A stretch of 44,158 nt of DNA, taken from NCBI GenBank assembly GCA_048938385.1, contig JBHLMG010000004.1, positions 57,084-101,241 on the forward strand. Reading direction: 5' to 3'. The DNA comes from Promethearchaeota archaeon. GTDB taxonomy: Archaea > Asgardarchaeota > Hermodarchaeia > Hermodarchaeales > Hermodarchaeaceae. Positions 27,926-37,998 of the stretch are shown piece by piece. The position numbers and the translations under genes are program-made. The stretch's first letter is position 1; every line of letters starts with the position of its first letter. Under the pieces are notes generated by a model. That model had not been told where the DNA came from. It saw nothing but the letters and a program-made list of their open reading frames with translations, and ran no database searches.

Positions 27926-28690
27926 ATGTCTAAGGTTGAACTTGCTAAGGAAAATCAAATAGCCGTTATCACGATTAACAATCCTCCAGCGAATACCCTC
28001 AACGCTGAAATCTTTGCCATGCTCCGCAAGATACTCACTGAACTCGATCACGATGACACTAAAGTCATCATCATCACCGGTGCCGGTGACAAATTCTTCA
28101 TTGGTGGTGCTGACATCAAACAATTCGTAGGACAAGGCGCCAAAGGCGGCAAAAAGCTCGCTCAAATGGGTCACGAGTTCACCCTCTTCTTAGAAAAACA
28201 CAGCAAAGTCCTCATCATGGCAGTAAACGGCTACTGTCTAGGTGGCGGTATGGAATTGGCACAAGCTTGTGATTTCGTTATCGCCTCCGAAAATGCGCGA
28301 TTCGGACAAACCGAAATCAAACTTGGCATCATCCCTGGTTGGGGTGGCACCCAACGACTTCAACGCTGGATGGACCCCCAACGCGCCCGTGAACTCATTC
28401 TCACCGGTGAGATCGTTCCCGCTTCTGAAATGGGAAGCTTCGTCTACAAAGTCGTTCCTCAAGACAAGCTGTTACCCACCGCCATGGACCTCGCGCAACG
28501 AATTGCTGCCCGTGGGCTGGTTGCAATTCAGCTTGCGAAAAAAGCCTTGAAGAAAGCACAATATCTGCCCCTAAAAGAAGGGCTCAAACTGGAAGCGCAA
28601 TATTTTGGTCAGACCTTCGACACCGAAGACGCCAAAGAAGGCATTCGCGCCTTCTTCGAAAAACGCGAACCCAGAGTGGTGGATAAATAG
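27926..28690 (+). CDS. Enoyl-CoA hydratase / crotonase (second paralog)
   Basis: INNPPAN, FIGGADI, AVNGYCLGGGMELAQACD, TEIKLGIIPGWGGTQRL. Confidence 0.92.
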   Translation: MSKVELAKENQIAVITINNPPANTLNAEIFAMLRKILTELDHDDTKVIIITGAGDKFFIGGADIKQFVGQGAKGGKKLAQMGHEFTLFLEKHSKVLIMAVNGYCLGGGMELAQACDFVIASENARFGQTEIKLGIIPGWGGTQRLQRWMDPQRARELILTGEIVPASEMGSFVYKVVPQDKLLPTAMDLAQRIAARGLVAIQLAKKALKKAQYLPLKEGLKLEAQYFGQTFDTEDAKEGIRAFFEKREPRVVDK

Positions 28691-28845
28691 GATTCTATGA
28701 ATGAATCCTCACACCACAGCTTAACTACGACTCGCAGAAACCACAGCAAGATAAGGCACTTTCAAACACTGACAAAACCATTAAAACCCAACTCAAGCCT
28801 AGTGGTATTCATTAAACCTCCAATTTATTAAAGGAGCAACCTGGG

Positions 28846-31800
28846 ATGCGACTAAAGCATTTTATTCTTGGATTATTCCTGATATTTTTCCTACTCGAAT
28901 TTACAGTTCCCACTATTACTCTTCCCGAATATCTCCCAACTCCCAATGAGTCAATCTCTACAGCATCCATTTTTACTTCAACTCAAACTAATCCCTCCCC
29001 TGGTCTTATTGTTCGACCCTCAGAAGATGCCATTCCACCTCTTCCCGATAACCCCCTTGGAACAGGGAGGGAAACCCTGGTCGAATGGTGGGATACCAAT
29101 TACGATTATCGACGCAAAATCACCATAGTTGAACCCAACATCGCATCCCGATCCATGGAACCGGTCCACATCTACATGACCTTCACCGGTGATGTTGCTA
29201 AAGAAGGAATCATCGCTGTCGCCTATTGGGATCTTGCAACTTGGCATGAAGTTCCATCACAAGTCTGGAACGCGACGACCCACACTACAGGACCTACGAC
29301 CTACTATGATTCTTGCACGGTTTGTATTCTCGTCAATATCACAAAAAATTACCAAGAAGTCTTCTACATCTACTACGATGACTCCTATACAACAGCTCCA
29401 AGCTATACTGACTACATCACGGCCATAGCTGATAATGGCCCAATCACCGATGATACGACAATGCCATGGGTTTACTCCGAAGTCACCTCTACAAATTACA
29501 CAAATGTAGACACCATCTTCATTCGGTCCTCAGCATCACAAAATGAATCCGCAGCCATTCTCCTCACCGATATGCTTCGCGGCGGCTCCGATTGGGGCGG
29601 ACCCTGCTGCGGCCTCATAGCCGCCCGTTACGGCGATGTAGACGCCTTAGACACTAACAACGGCACAGGAACAGGTACCAACCGGCAATACATGCTTCTC
29701 GGTGAATTCGCCCTCGACCCGCTTGGTCAAGACACCAGTATGGACTCTGACATAAACACTCGCGCTAATGTCGCACCCGACAACCCTGCAGAAGCCTGGG
29801 TCGCGGGTGCAGGTGTTTGGATCCTGGATGATGGTCCACTATTTACACGAATTAAAATCGTCACTAGCGATGGCGGTTATAGTAACATCAATTCGCCCTG
29901 GAGTAACCAGACCACGGATACAGTAAACCGGGGAAACAATGGCGCCACTGGATTTCTCAACTACACCATAACCTATACTTTCTACTGGCATGGCAACACT
30001 CTCCTTGTCAATGTGATGCTAGATATCACAGCAAACCCCCAATGGCAGGACGCCCAATGCCATGTCAAAAACTACGGTGATTGGCCCCACATCATGACTT
30101 TTACATGTGGCTCCGGAACACCAGGTACTGTTGACGCAGTACAAAACCGAAAAGCCTGGAACGGCTCAAAATATGGGCTCTACAACGAATCCGTTGATGG
30201 CCGGCGCCGAGACTTTCCAATTGAACCATGGTTCGCTTGGTATGACGATGCCAGTGAACCCGGTTACGATGGAACACAACATCCAACATTGGGCCTTATT
30301 GCAAAGGTCAACCCGGTCGGCTGGGAAGTCCTTTCTCTCGCTGTAACCGGCATGGGCGATAACACGATGCTTCAACAAATCCTCCGTGAAGGACACCAAG
30401 GTGACTTCTTCATCATGCCAACTGGTGAGACCTTCAGTTATGATTACACCGTGTATACAAGCGCCTATGGCACAGATTATGGTGAAGTTCGTTCACAAAC
30501 CTCGCAAGTGAATAATCCTGTGAGCTTGAGCCTTGGCGAACAAGAACTATATCGGCATAACATCCTCACCTGCAAAACCCGAGATGTAGAAGACACAGCA
30601 ATTTCTAATATCTCCCTCTATATCTTCAACAGCACCCTAGATTTAGTACGAACAGGAACTACTGTTTCTGCGACCGCCCTCTTTGAGAAACTCGAAGACG
30701 ATACATATACCATCATTTCAAATTACTCCCTGCTCTCAACCTATGGAGGGCTTGTAACCTTCCGCGTCAACACAACCCAAATCACTCTAGACCATACAAT
30801 TGACCGCAACTGGACTCAACCAATAACCTGCCAATTGAGCAAAACCACAGTGCATGTCGTCGATTGGTATACCAACAACAACCTCGCCACATTCGCTGAA
30901 GTCTTCTTAGACAATGCCTCGGACAGCATGCCAATTTTCGCATTGAACGCAACCATCCCTGGAGGACTAGCTTCAACTTATCTCCTTCCAGGACAGTACG
31001 ATGTTAACATTCGATACATCAACCGCTTCCGCGTTCACAATCAAACTACTCCCTTCCAAGTGAGCAGCACTACTAGTACGCAAATTCCCATCGGCGTCGT
31101 AGCTACCGAACACGCCACCGAATTGAGCCTTGTCCGACCGAGTACCATTCCCTACATCGAAGTCGGATTCAACACCACAACTCGGTTCGTCGTCCTTTAT
31201 CGAGATCTTATCACGGGGCAACCAATCGATGGATTGGCTACACCAATTCCCTATGTGGCGAATTGGACCTTATCCAACTCAACCCACAACAACATTGACT
31301 CTGGACTCCTTACTCCAGTGGTTGGTGAGCCTGGTAACTATTCTGTGCTCTTCGATGCCACTGGGTACCTTGTTAACGAAACTTACCAACTTCGGATACT
31401 TCTCGATGTGAACGCCCCGGTCGATTATTGGCAAGCCTATATCGCCATCGGTATCCTCATTCGTGGTCGAGAAGTCCAAATAATCCCCGAGTCCACCTCA
31501 TACAGTGTCTTTTGGAACGATACGGTGAATCTAGCAGTCTATCTCAACGACACAGCCACAAACCAACCTATCCTTGGCGCTCTGCCCACCTACTTCGGTG
31601 TTGGTTTTTCAGGCTCACTCCTGCCCAACGGTACAGATGGATGGTACACAGCCGCTCTTAAAGTTGAGAACATCAATCAAGGGACTTATACCATCACCGT
31701 TCGGGCACAAATTGCAGCTTACGAAGATGCCACGACACAAATCCTACTCTATGTCGCTCCCCAACCCACCGATGCAACACTCATTGATGGATACACCAGC

Positions 31801-33090
31801 ACTCAAGATGGTCTTACGAATCGAACACTTACACGCGGGGATTGGTGGGCTCCAGCAGGTGACTTGCTCGTTTTTACTTTTAACTACACGGGTATGTACG
31901 ATCAACTCATTCTCGATGCCATTGGGCAAATTAGCTACCAAGTTGGTTTTCAGAGCCTCGAGTACCTCGGAAATGGCCTTTATCGCGTCGTCATTAACAC
32001 AACGACTATTCCTATTGGATCCTACTCGGCAGCAGTAGGCTTTTCGAAGCAGAACTTCGAAGTAGCCATCCTCAGCTTTACGATCGAAGTACGCCTCATT
32101 CCCACAGAGATTCAGCTCATCCACCCATCTCTCAATGCCAGCTACTTCGAAGGCTATGTGACCGATCTCTTACGCGTGCGCGTCAGGGTTACCGATACCT
32201 GGCACAACCTTCCCGTAACCAATGCTACCTTAGTTGTTTACCTCTCCGAATTAGGCTATCCACCCATGCTCATGTACAGCGTACCAGGACTCCCCGGAGT
32301 GTACGAACTGGGCGGAATCAACCTACTCAGAGAAGGAATCTTTGACCTCACCATCACCGCCACCGCAGACAACCACGAGCCTGTAGAATTCATCTTCCAA
32401 CTACGCATCGAAACCCACCCAGTCACACGGAACCTCATCACCTTCGGTCTCATTGCCGCCATCATCGGCATCATCATGCTGCTTGCCTGGGTTGCCTATA
32501 CACGGGTCTTCGCCATCCCCTGGCTCGTCCGCAAGATGCGAAAAATGTCCACCACCATCGGTAAAGGCAAAACACCTAAACTCTCAGGACGCGACCAAAA
32601 CCGCATCGCCACCCGACCCGACCAAATGACTGATTTTATGCAAGACGCCTATAACAACGCACGCATTTCCTTCGTAGCGTCTGCTATACCAACCATCATT
32701 GCCCTCGACGAGCGGGAAGCCGAAGAGATCGACATCTGGCGAGAACTCGATAATCTCGAAGGCCTCGGGCGCGACCAAAAACTTGAACTCTTCGAAGAAA
32801 TGAAACGCATTCCCCCCAAAGATCGCATCTGGTTCCTTGAAGACCTCAAACGCCAACTCGCAGACGGCACACGCTTCAGTCGGATCGCACTCGAGGGGAC
32901 CCCTGAAGGACTTCTCGACGAGGAAGCTGAAGCACGCGTCATTCAAGCCCGGCTTGATGCCCTTCCCGCCCTCAGCGAGCAAGAGAAGAAAGCCCTCTTC
33001 AAACAAATCAGCAGCCTCCCCCCTGAAGAACGCGAAGAAGTCTTCGAAACCCTTAAAGAACAATACGAAACCAGCGACGAAGAAGAATAA
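28846..33090 (+). CDS. Giant type-I membrane protein A (signal peptide, DUF2341-like head, Ig-like repeats, TM helix, conserved cytoplasmic helical-repeat domain)
   Basis: Hydrophobic N-terminus; WWDTNYDYRRKITI; many N-x-S/T sequons; about 95-aa beta-rich repeats; TM near 32434-32499; tail PWLVRKMR...QKLELFEEMKRIP...WFLEDLK...ADGTRF. Confidence 0.9.
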   Translation: MRLKHFILGLFLIFFLLEFTVPTITLPEYLPTPNESISTASIFTSTQTNPSPGLIVRPSEDAIPPLPDNPLGTGRETLVEWWDTNYDYRRKITIVEPNIASRSMEPVHIYMTFTGDVAKEGIIAVAYWDLATWHEVPSQVWNATTHTTGPTTYYDSCTVCILVNITKNYQEVFYIYYDDSYTTAPSYTDYITAIADNGPITDDTTMPWVYSEVTSTNYTNVDTIFIRSSASQNESAAILLTDMLRGGSDWGGPCCGLIAARYGDVDALDTNNGTGTGTNRQYMLLGEFALDPLGQDTSMDSDINTRANVAPDNPAEAWVAGAGVWILDDGPLFTRIKIVTSDGGYSNINSPWSNQTTDTVNRGNNGATGFLNYTITYTFYWHGNTLLVNVMLDITANPQWQDAQCHVKNYGDWPHIMTFTCGSGTPGTVDAVQNRKAWNGSKYGLYNESVDGRRRDFPIEPWFAWYDDASEPGYDGTQHPTLGLIAKVNPVGWEVLSLAVTGMGDNTMLQQILREGHQGDFFIMPTGETFSYDYTVYTSAYGTDYGEVRSQTSQVNNPVSLSLGEQELYRHNILTCKTRDVEDTAISNISLYIFNSTLDLVRTGTTVSATALFEKLEDDTYTIISNYSLLSTYGGLVTFRVNTTQITLDHTIDRNWTQPITCQLSKTTVHVVDWYTNNNLATFAEVFLDNASDSMPIFALNATIPGGLASTYLLPGQYDVNIRYINRFRVHNQTTPFQVSSTTSTQIPIGVVATEHATELSLVRPSTIPYIEVGFNTTTRFVVLYRDLITGQPIDGLATPIPYVANWTLSNSTHNNIDSGLLTPVVGEPGNYSVLFDATGYLVNETYQLRILLDVNAPVDYWQAYIAIGILIRGREVQIIPESTSYSVFWNDTVNLAVYLNDTATNQPILGALPTYFGVGFSGSLLPNGTDGWYTAALKVENINQGTYTITVRAQIAAYEDATTQILLYVAPQPTDATLIDGYTSTQDGLTNRTLTRGDWWAPAGDLLVFTFNYTGMYDQLILDAIGQISYQVGFQSLEYLGNGLYRVVINTTTIPIGSYSAAVGFSKQNFEVAILSFTIEVRLIPTEIQLIHPSLNASYFEGYVTDLLRVRVRVTDTWHNLPVTNATLVVYLSELGYPPMLMYSVPGLPGVYELGGINLLREGIFDLTITATADNHEPVEFIFQLRIETHPVTRNLITFGLIAAIIGIIMLLAWVAYTRVFAIPWLVRKMRKMSTTIGKGKTPKLSGRDQNRIATRPDQMTDFMQDAYNNARISFVASAIPTIIALDEREAEEIDIWRELDNLEGLGRDQKLELFEEMKRIPPKDRIWFLEDLKRQLADGTRFSRIALEGTPEGLLDEEAEARVIQARLDALPALSEQEKKALFKQISSLPPEEREEVFETLKEQYETSDEEE

Positions 33091-33181
33091 CACCGACTCT
33101 AAAGCCCCGATCCTGAGTTACCGTTTCACAACACTAGATCATTCAATACAAACTTAAAGTCTGGATTTTCCTCAAGCGTAA

Positions 33182-33203
33182 ATCTCAGGAAAGCTATTTA
33201 AAT
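33182..33203 (+). promoter_or_regulatory. Putative BRE/TATA promoter of protein B with shared ATCTCAGGAAA element
   Basis: ATCTCAGGAAAGCTATTTAAAT; the same 11-mer occurs at 37900-37910. Confidence 0.45.
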
Positions 33204-33284
33204 TCTTGAAGGTTGTTTAGCTTAGCGGCTACATCAGCCAATACCGCTCTACTCCATACTGTCAATGATGGGTGAGAACCTAGA

Positions 33285-36200
33285 ATGAAAATTCGTCCTA
33301 TAATTCTCCTTTTACTCTGTTGTATGATGTTACCTTTCCTATCACAGCCTGCCATCCCGACGGCGATTGATGCTGTGAACGCTCCAACGAGTTATACCCC
33401 AACATTCTCGAGTTCTCCCCCTTTACCCGAAAGTTCACCACTTCCCCCAAGTCCTGATTATTCAGGGTTAGGGACTGCACGCTCCGTTCATGAAGTGGCT
33501 AATCGGACTGATGCAAATCAAGCTATCCTTCTCTTCTATGATAGTGGAACTCAAACAGCAGGAACCGACTCAGCGAATGTGGTACTTCCTCCTGGCTGGA
33601 CCGGTTATCAGCTAGATTTTTGGGTCGACGACTTGTATGAAAACCGAACTTGGGCCTTAAACCCGAGCTTCAACGGTGGAACCACATATTGGACTAGTGG
33701 ATACGATGACCTCGGAGGGACCAACACCTTCGCACAGACATGGCAAAGCGGAGGGCCTGATGGCAATGGTTATGTTCGGGTCCAAGAGGATGGGCGTTGG
33801 GATGGCTCTTATTATCGTTATGATAATAATGATCGAACTTGGTGGACTCAAACCTATACAGTCCCCCGAAGTGATATTGAGTGGGTAGGAATCAAGCTCG
33901 ATTATCGAGTTGATAGTGCTTGGGGGAGTAACGCTCTTTTCAATGTCTATATCCGTATTAACGGCACCCAAGTTTGGGCAAAAGGCTTTCAATCTGTCGG
34001 AGACACTAACTGGCATAATAGTGACTTCCTGGAACTTGATTCTGGGCTCTTTGATATTCCGAACAGCGCCATTGAACTCGAAATTGGCATGTTCTCCACC
34101 ATGAGTGTGGGTTACAGCTCAAACAATTGGATGCGTGTAGAATTTGACAATGTTTGGCTTTATATGAAGACAAAAGTTTATCCCACGGAAATTAACCTCC
34201 AAATGAATGGGTTAGCAGTTGAAAATCAGGTCAGTCGGGGTTCGGGCTTTGTCCGCCAGATTCCTACCAGTGTTTGGACGACCTCACCTGTAGTTTCCAA
34301 CCTGGTTTGGGCACCTACCACCAATCCGCCTGATCCCGATCTTGATATCGCAGTGACAGGTGTCTGTGACCTCAACCTCTTTGCCAACAAAACAGCATCT
34401 ACTCTCTACGCGCAGAGCCCAAGTGCCATTGGCGTTGGATTCATGGCAAGCAATGGGCAAAACACAACTTGGACCTTCTTTTATCAATTAGCTCTCCCAT
34501 CCCAATATTGGAACGATGTCTTTAACTTCACCATTCCAAGCGACTGGAATATTACCTTCGTATCGGAACCCCAGTTGCCTACAATCAATAAGGTTGGTCT
34601 GTGTTTCGGAGGAAATCTTGGTGATGGTTATATCAGCATTCCGGCAACCGACATCACAGTAAGCCCTGATGGCTACTGGATGATTCAGGCAGAATCCCAT
34701 AACTATGTTGATGCCGCAGAATTACAAATCTTCGATGGTGGGTGGACTCCCACATCATCAATCCGAGCTGGAAACACCACTCGAGTTGCAGCACGCATCT
34801 TAGATGGAACAGATACGCCACCTGTCGGAATAACCGGGACAGAAGCAAATGTCTCTATTTTTGAACCAGGTGGGGGGTTGTGGTACAGTGAGCTTGTTAC
34901 CCCAAACGCTCAAGGTTGGGTCTATACCTCCAGTTTCTACCATGATGGCTGGAATACAACCGGTGGAACCTACAACATATTTGTCAACTGGGATAACGCA
35001 ACGGAAGCAGGTGAGTTCTGGCTCTCTTATACCATGGAACATTCTACATCCCTTACCCCGCGCGAACCCTTAATTGAAGCGTTCTTAGAAAATCAACCGC
35101 TTTACCCGAAGGTTCGTTATGAGGATTCTGATAGCCATTCCTGGTTAGAGCCTCCCGCCACGGTTGTGGGTAACTGGACAACGGGTACGATCACTTTTCA
35201 CTATGTATCCGGAACAGGATACTATGAAGCCGAAATCAATGCCCAAGATCCTGGAACGGTTGGACAATTTTGGATCCGTGTGAACGCGAGTAAAAATCAC
35301 TATGACGACGCTTCTTGCTTTATTTTAATTGATATCGTCTCAGAAACAGATGTTGAATCGCCTCAAGTGGGCGGTGTTGAAGTTCCTTGGCGAGGCAATA
35401 CTACCGTCGCAGTGCATTATACGCAAAAAATTGGGGGCGGGGTTCTGGGTGCAACCATCGCTTGCAACTGGACGAGTGGATTTTATACAATTACTGAGGG
35501 AACGGATGGCTGGTATTACATCGAACTCAACAGTAGCGGACCCGGTGCGATCGGCACATACATGATGAATGTTACCCTCTACAAAGAACGCTACCAACGC
35601 CAACAAATTCGAATCCCGGTCTTCGTGACCCCCATGACCCTCATCATCACCACGACTGTTGGTGAACCTGTCAATGTGACCTACGGCGAACAATTCTGGG
35701 TCGAAGTCTATGTAGAGAACTTTCTTGGCGAACCTTTCGATGAAGCTAATGTCTCATTCTCCTGGACCGGTGGCACTCTCTATAATAACACCGGGGTGAA
35801 CGCCTACTTTGGGGTCTGGCTAAATTCCTCTAAAGGAAGCATCGGCATCCACTATCTCACCGTCTATGTGACCGGACCTAATGTGATACCTAGCGTCAAA
35901 GCCATCCTCATACATGTAAAACAGATAGGCAGCATCCTTGACACAGTTCCCACCGGCGAGTATAGCCTTACCTTCATCCAAGGGGAAACTTTCAGAATCT
36001 CTGTCAATTATTCCACTATCTATGGTGATCCCGTTGAACTCGCCACGGTCACCTACTTGGTGGGCACCCTTAGCGGCTCCTTCATTGAGATTGGCAACGG
36101 TATCTACAATGTCACTATTGATACCACAACCTTAGTGGCTGGATCCTATACGATTTATGTCACCGCTTCATCACCGAATGTCGACTCCCAATCACGCGCC

Positions 36201-37823
36201 ATCAGCTTGATACTGACATTGATTCCTGCAGAAATCGTCCCTGAAACAGCAATTTACAACATTTACTGGGGTGACGCTTTCACTATTACCGTTTTCTTCA
36301 GAAACCTCTCTAACGATAGTGCTATTCTCGGGGCTAGTATCGAATATAGTTGGGGTCCTTTCTCTGGAACCCTCGTCGCGAACGGTACTCCTGGTTGGTA
36401 CACCTCGACCCTTCCGAGCACCGGATTCGCGGCGGGCTCAGTGTATGTTGCTACCTTGACTGCTAACGAACCGCACTTCCAGTTCGTAGTTACTACAGTA
36501 ACCGTATTCATCAATCCTCGACCAACGGACTTAGATCTCGTCGCCGCCAACATGTACTTCCCTGACACGGACGCGGTAACGCTCCTTAATATTTCAGAAC
36601 CCTGGACTGTCCCACGCAGCGACATCCTTTATCTCTACTTCAACTTCACCGACTATGAAAACGCTATCATCACCGATGGCACCGGTGTTTACAACTGGTT
36701 ATACGGCAGTGGTGTGCTCACCTACAATAATGGTTTGTACTATGCTGCCATCGACATGACTCAAATCACACCCGGTTCATACTTCCTAGATGTGACCTTC
36801 ACCCGCCAAAACTACGAAATTGCCCAGGTTACCCAACTTCCCTTAACCATCACATTAGTTCGAACAGAAATCCGTCTTGAAATCGAAGGAGGAACCTATT
36901 ACGGTTTTACCGGAGATCCTTTGGTCTTCGGCCTCATTCTCTGGGATTTAGATCACAACATCTCCATTGATTTCGCTAATATCAGCGTGTTCATCCAAGG
37001 GTTTACCCCCGATGAGGGTATTCGCTTGACCAATCACCACAATGGATTATACACCTTTGACGGCTTCATCAGCTTCCCCTTTGAGGCCACCTACATTATC
37101 GAAATCACAGCCGAAAGCGGTTTGGTCTATCAGATTACCTCACTTAATATGCCGGCTGTCATCACCTTACACCCCATCGTCCAACAAGGTCTTCGATACG
37201 GGCTCATCGCCGCAATTCTCGGCATCCTCCTCCTCGGTGCATGGGTGGCGTATTCCCGGGTCTTTTCCATCCCCTGGCTTGTCCGCAAAATGCGGGGAAT
37301 GTCGAAAACGATTGGTCAAGGAAAAACACCGCACCTTTCGAACCGTGATGTCAATCGGATCTCTACACGCCCTGAATCTATGGAAACCATCGCTGATTCC
37401 GCCTACCGCTCGATTGGCGTTACCGTTGCTGCAACCATGGTGCCTGCAGCCGTCACCATAGAAGAACGCCAAGCCGAAGACGAACTCATCTGGCGAGAAC
37501 TAGAAAAACTCGAAGGCCTGGGCCACGACCAAAAACTCGAACTCTTCGAAGAAATGAAACGCATCCCCGCCAAGGACCGCGTCTGGTTCCTCGAAGACCT
37601 GAAAGAACAAATGGCTGATGGCACCCGCTTTGGTCGCCTCCGCGCTGAACCTACACCGGTTCCCGAAGGCGTCGATCCCAGTGTCCACGCCCGACTCCAA
37701 TCCCTCGACGCCCTTGGACCAGCTGAAAAACAAGCCGTCGTGGAACAGCTCCGCGGGCTCTCTAAAGAAGAACAAGAAGAGGTTATCAAAGCCCTCGAAG
37801 ACACCGAACGCCAAGCCGGTTAA
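33285..37823 (+). CDS. Giant type-I membrane protein B (signal peptide, CBM/jelly-roll-like head, Ig-like repeats, TM helix, same cytoplasmic domain)
   Basis: 1512 aa; NPSFNGG...FDNVWL head; repeats V.WG..h.h.V.Y......I.GA.V...W....G.G.Y; GGGTGAG SD; conserved tail. Confidence 0.9.
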   Translation: MKIRPIILLLLCCMMLPFLSQPAIPTAIDAVNAPTSYTPTFSSSPPLPESSPLPPSPDYSGLGTARSVHEVANRTDANQAILLFYDSGTQTAGTDSANVVLPPGWTGYQLDFWVDDLYENRTWALNPSFNGGTTYWTSGYDDLGGTNTFAQTWQSGGPDGNGYVRVQEDGRWDGSYYRYDNNDRTWWTQTYTVPRSDIEWVGIKLDYRVDSAWGSNALFNVYIRINGTQVWAKGFQSVGDTNWHNSDFLELDSGLFDIPNSAIELEIGMFSTMSVGYSSNNWMRVEFDNVWLYMKTKVYPTEINLQMNGLAVENQVSRGSGFVRQIPTSVWTTSPVVSNLVWAPTTNPPDPDLDIAVTGVCDLNLFANKTASTLYAQSPSAIGVGFMASNGQNTTWTFFYQLALPSQYWNDVFNFTIPSDWNITFVSEPQLPTINKVGLCFGGNLGDGYISIPATDITVSPDGYWMIQAESHNYVDAAELQIFDGGWTPTSSIRAGNTTRVAARILDGTDTPPVGITGTEANVSIFEPGGGLWYSELVTPNAQGWVYTSSFYHDGWNTTGGTYNIFVNWDNATEAGEFWLSYTMEHSTSLTPREPLIEAFLENQPLYPKVRYEDSDSHSWLEPPATVVGNWTTGTITFHYVSGTGYYEAEINAQDPGTVGQFWIRVNASKNHYDDASCFILIDIVSETDVESPQVGGVEVPWRGNTTVAVHYTQKIGGGVLGATIACNWTSGFYTITEGTDGWYYIELNSSGPGAIGTYMMNVTLYKERYQRQQIRIPVFVTPMTLIITTTVGEPVNVTYGEQFWVEVYVENFLGEPFDEANVSFSWTGGTLYNNTGVNAYFGVWLNSSKGSIGIHYLTVYVTGPNVIPSVKAILIHVKQIGSILDTVPTGEYSLTFIQGETFRISVNYSTIYGDPVELATVTYLVGTLSGSFIEIGNGIYNVTIDTTTLVAGSYTIYVTASSPNVDSQSRAISLILTLIPAEIVPETAIYNIYWGDAFTITVFFRNLSNDSAILGASIEYSWGPFSGTLVANGTPGWYTSTLPSTGFAAGSVYVATLTANEPHFQFVVTTVTVFINPRPTDLDLVAANMYFPDTDAVTLLNISEPWTVPRSDILYLYFNFTDYENAIITDGTGVYNWLYGSGVLTYNNGLYYAAIDMTQITPGSYFLDVTFTRQNYEIAQVTQLPLTITLVRTEIRLEIEGGTYYGFTGDPLVFGLILWDLDHNISIDFANISVFIQGFTPDEGIRLTNHHNGLYTFDGFISFPFEATYIIEITAESGLVYQITSLNMPAVITLHPIVQQGLRYGLIAAILGILLLGAWVAYSRVFSIPWLVRKMRGMSKTIGQGKTPHLSNRDVNRISTRPESMETIADSAYRSIGVTVAATMVPAAVTIEERQAEDELIWRELEKLEGLGHDQKLELFEEMKRIPAKDRVWFLEDLKEQMADGTRFGRLRAEPTPVPEGVDPSVHARLQSLDALGPAEKQAVVEQLRGLSKEEQEEVIKALEDTERQAG

Positions 37824-37835
37824 CGCTAGCACTTA

Positions 37836-37867
37836 GGGGCACAGCCTGTGCCCCCTATGCCCTTTTT
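37836..37867 (+). terminator. Hairpin plus T-tract terminator after protein B
   Basis: GGGGCACA-GCC-TGTGCCCC 8-bp stem followed by GCCCTTTTT. Confidence 0.55.
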
Positions 37868-37899
37868 GGCATTTCTTAATGTTTTTTCATTAAATAAAC

Positions 37900-37923
37900 A
37901 TCTCAGGAAAAACTGATAAATAC
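37900..37923 (+). promoter_or_regulatory. Putative BRE/TATA promoter of protein C with shared ATCTCAGGAAA element
   Basis: ATCTCAGGAAAAACTGATAAATA. Confidence 0.4.
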
Positions 37924-37998
37924 TCATCTGGGAGCTAGAAGTACTGCGGGGATACTAATCGTAGATGGTATACCAGCTTGAGAAAGTGGTGTGTTACT

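Noticed and set aside
32584-33093. Antisense ORFs at 32584-33093, 32649-32942, 37403-37804, 37500-37832 and 43731-44012 that resemble each other
   Set aside because: They are shadows of the conserved cytoplasmic domain on the sense strand, and biased codon use explains the absence of stops.
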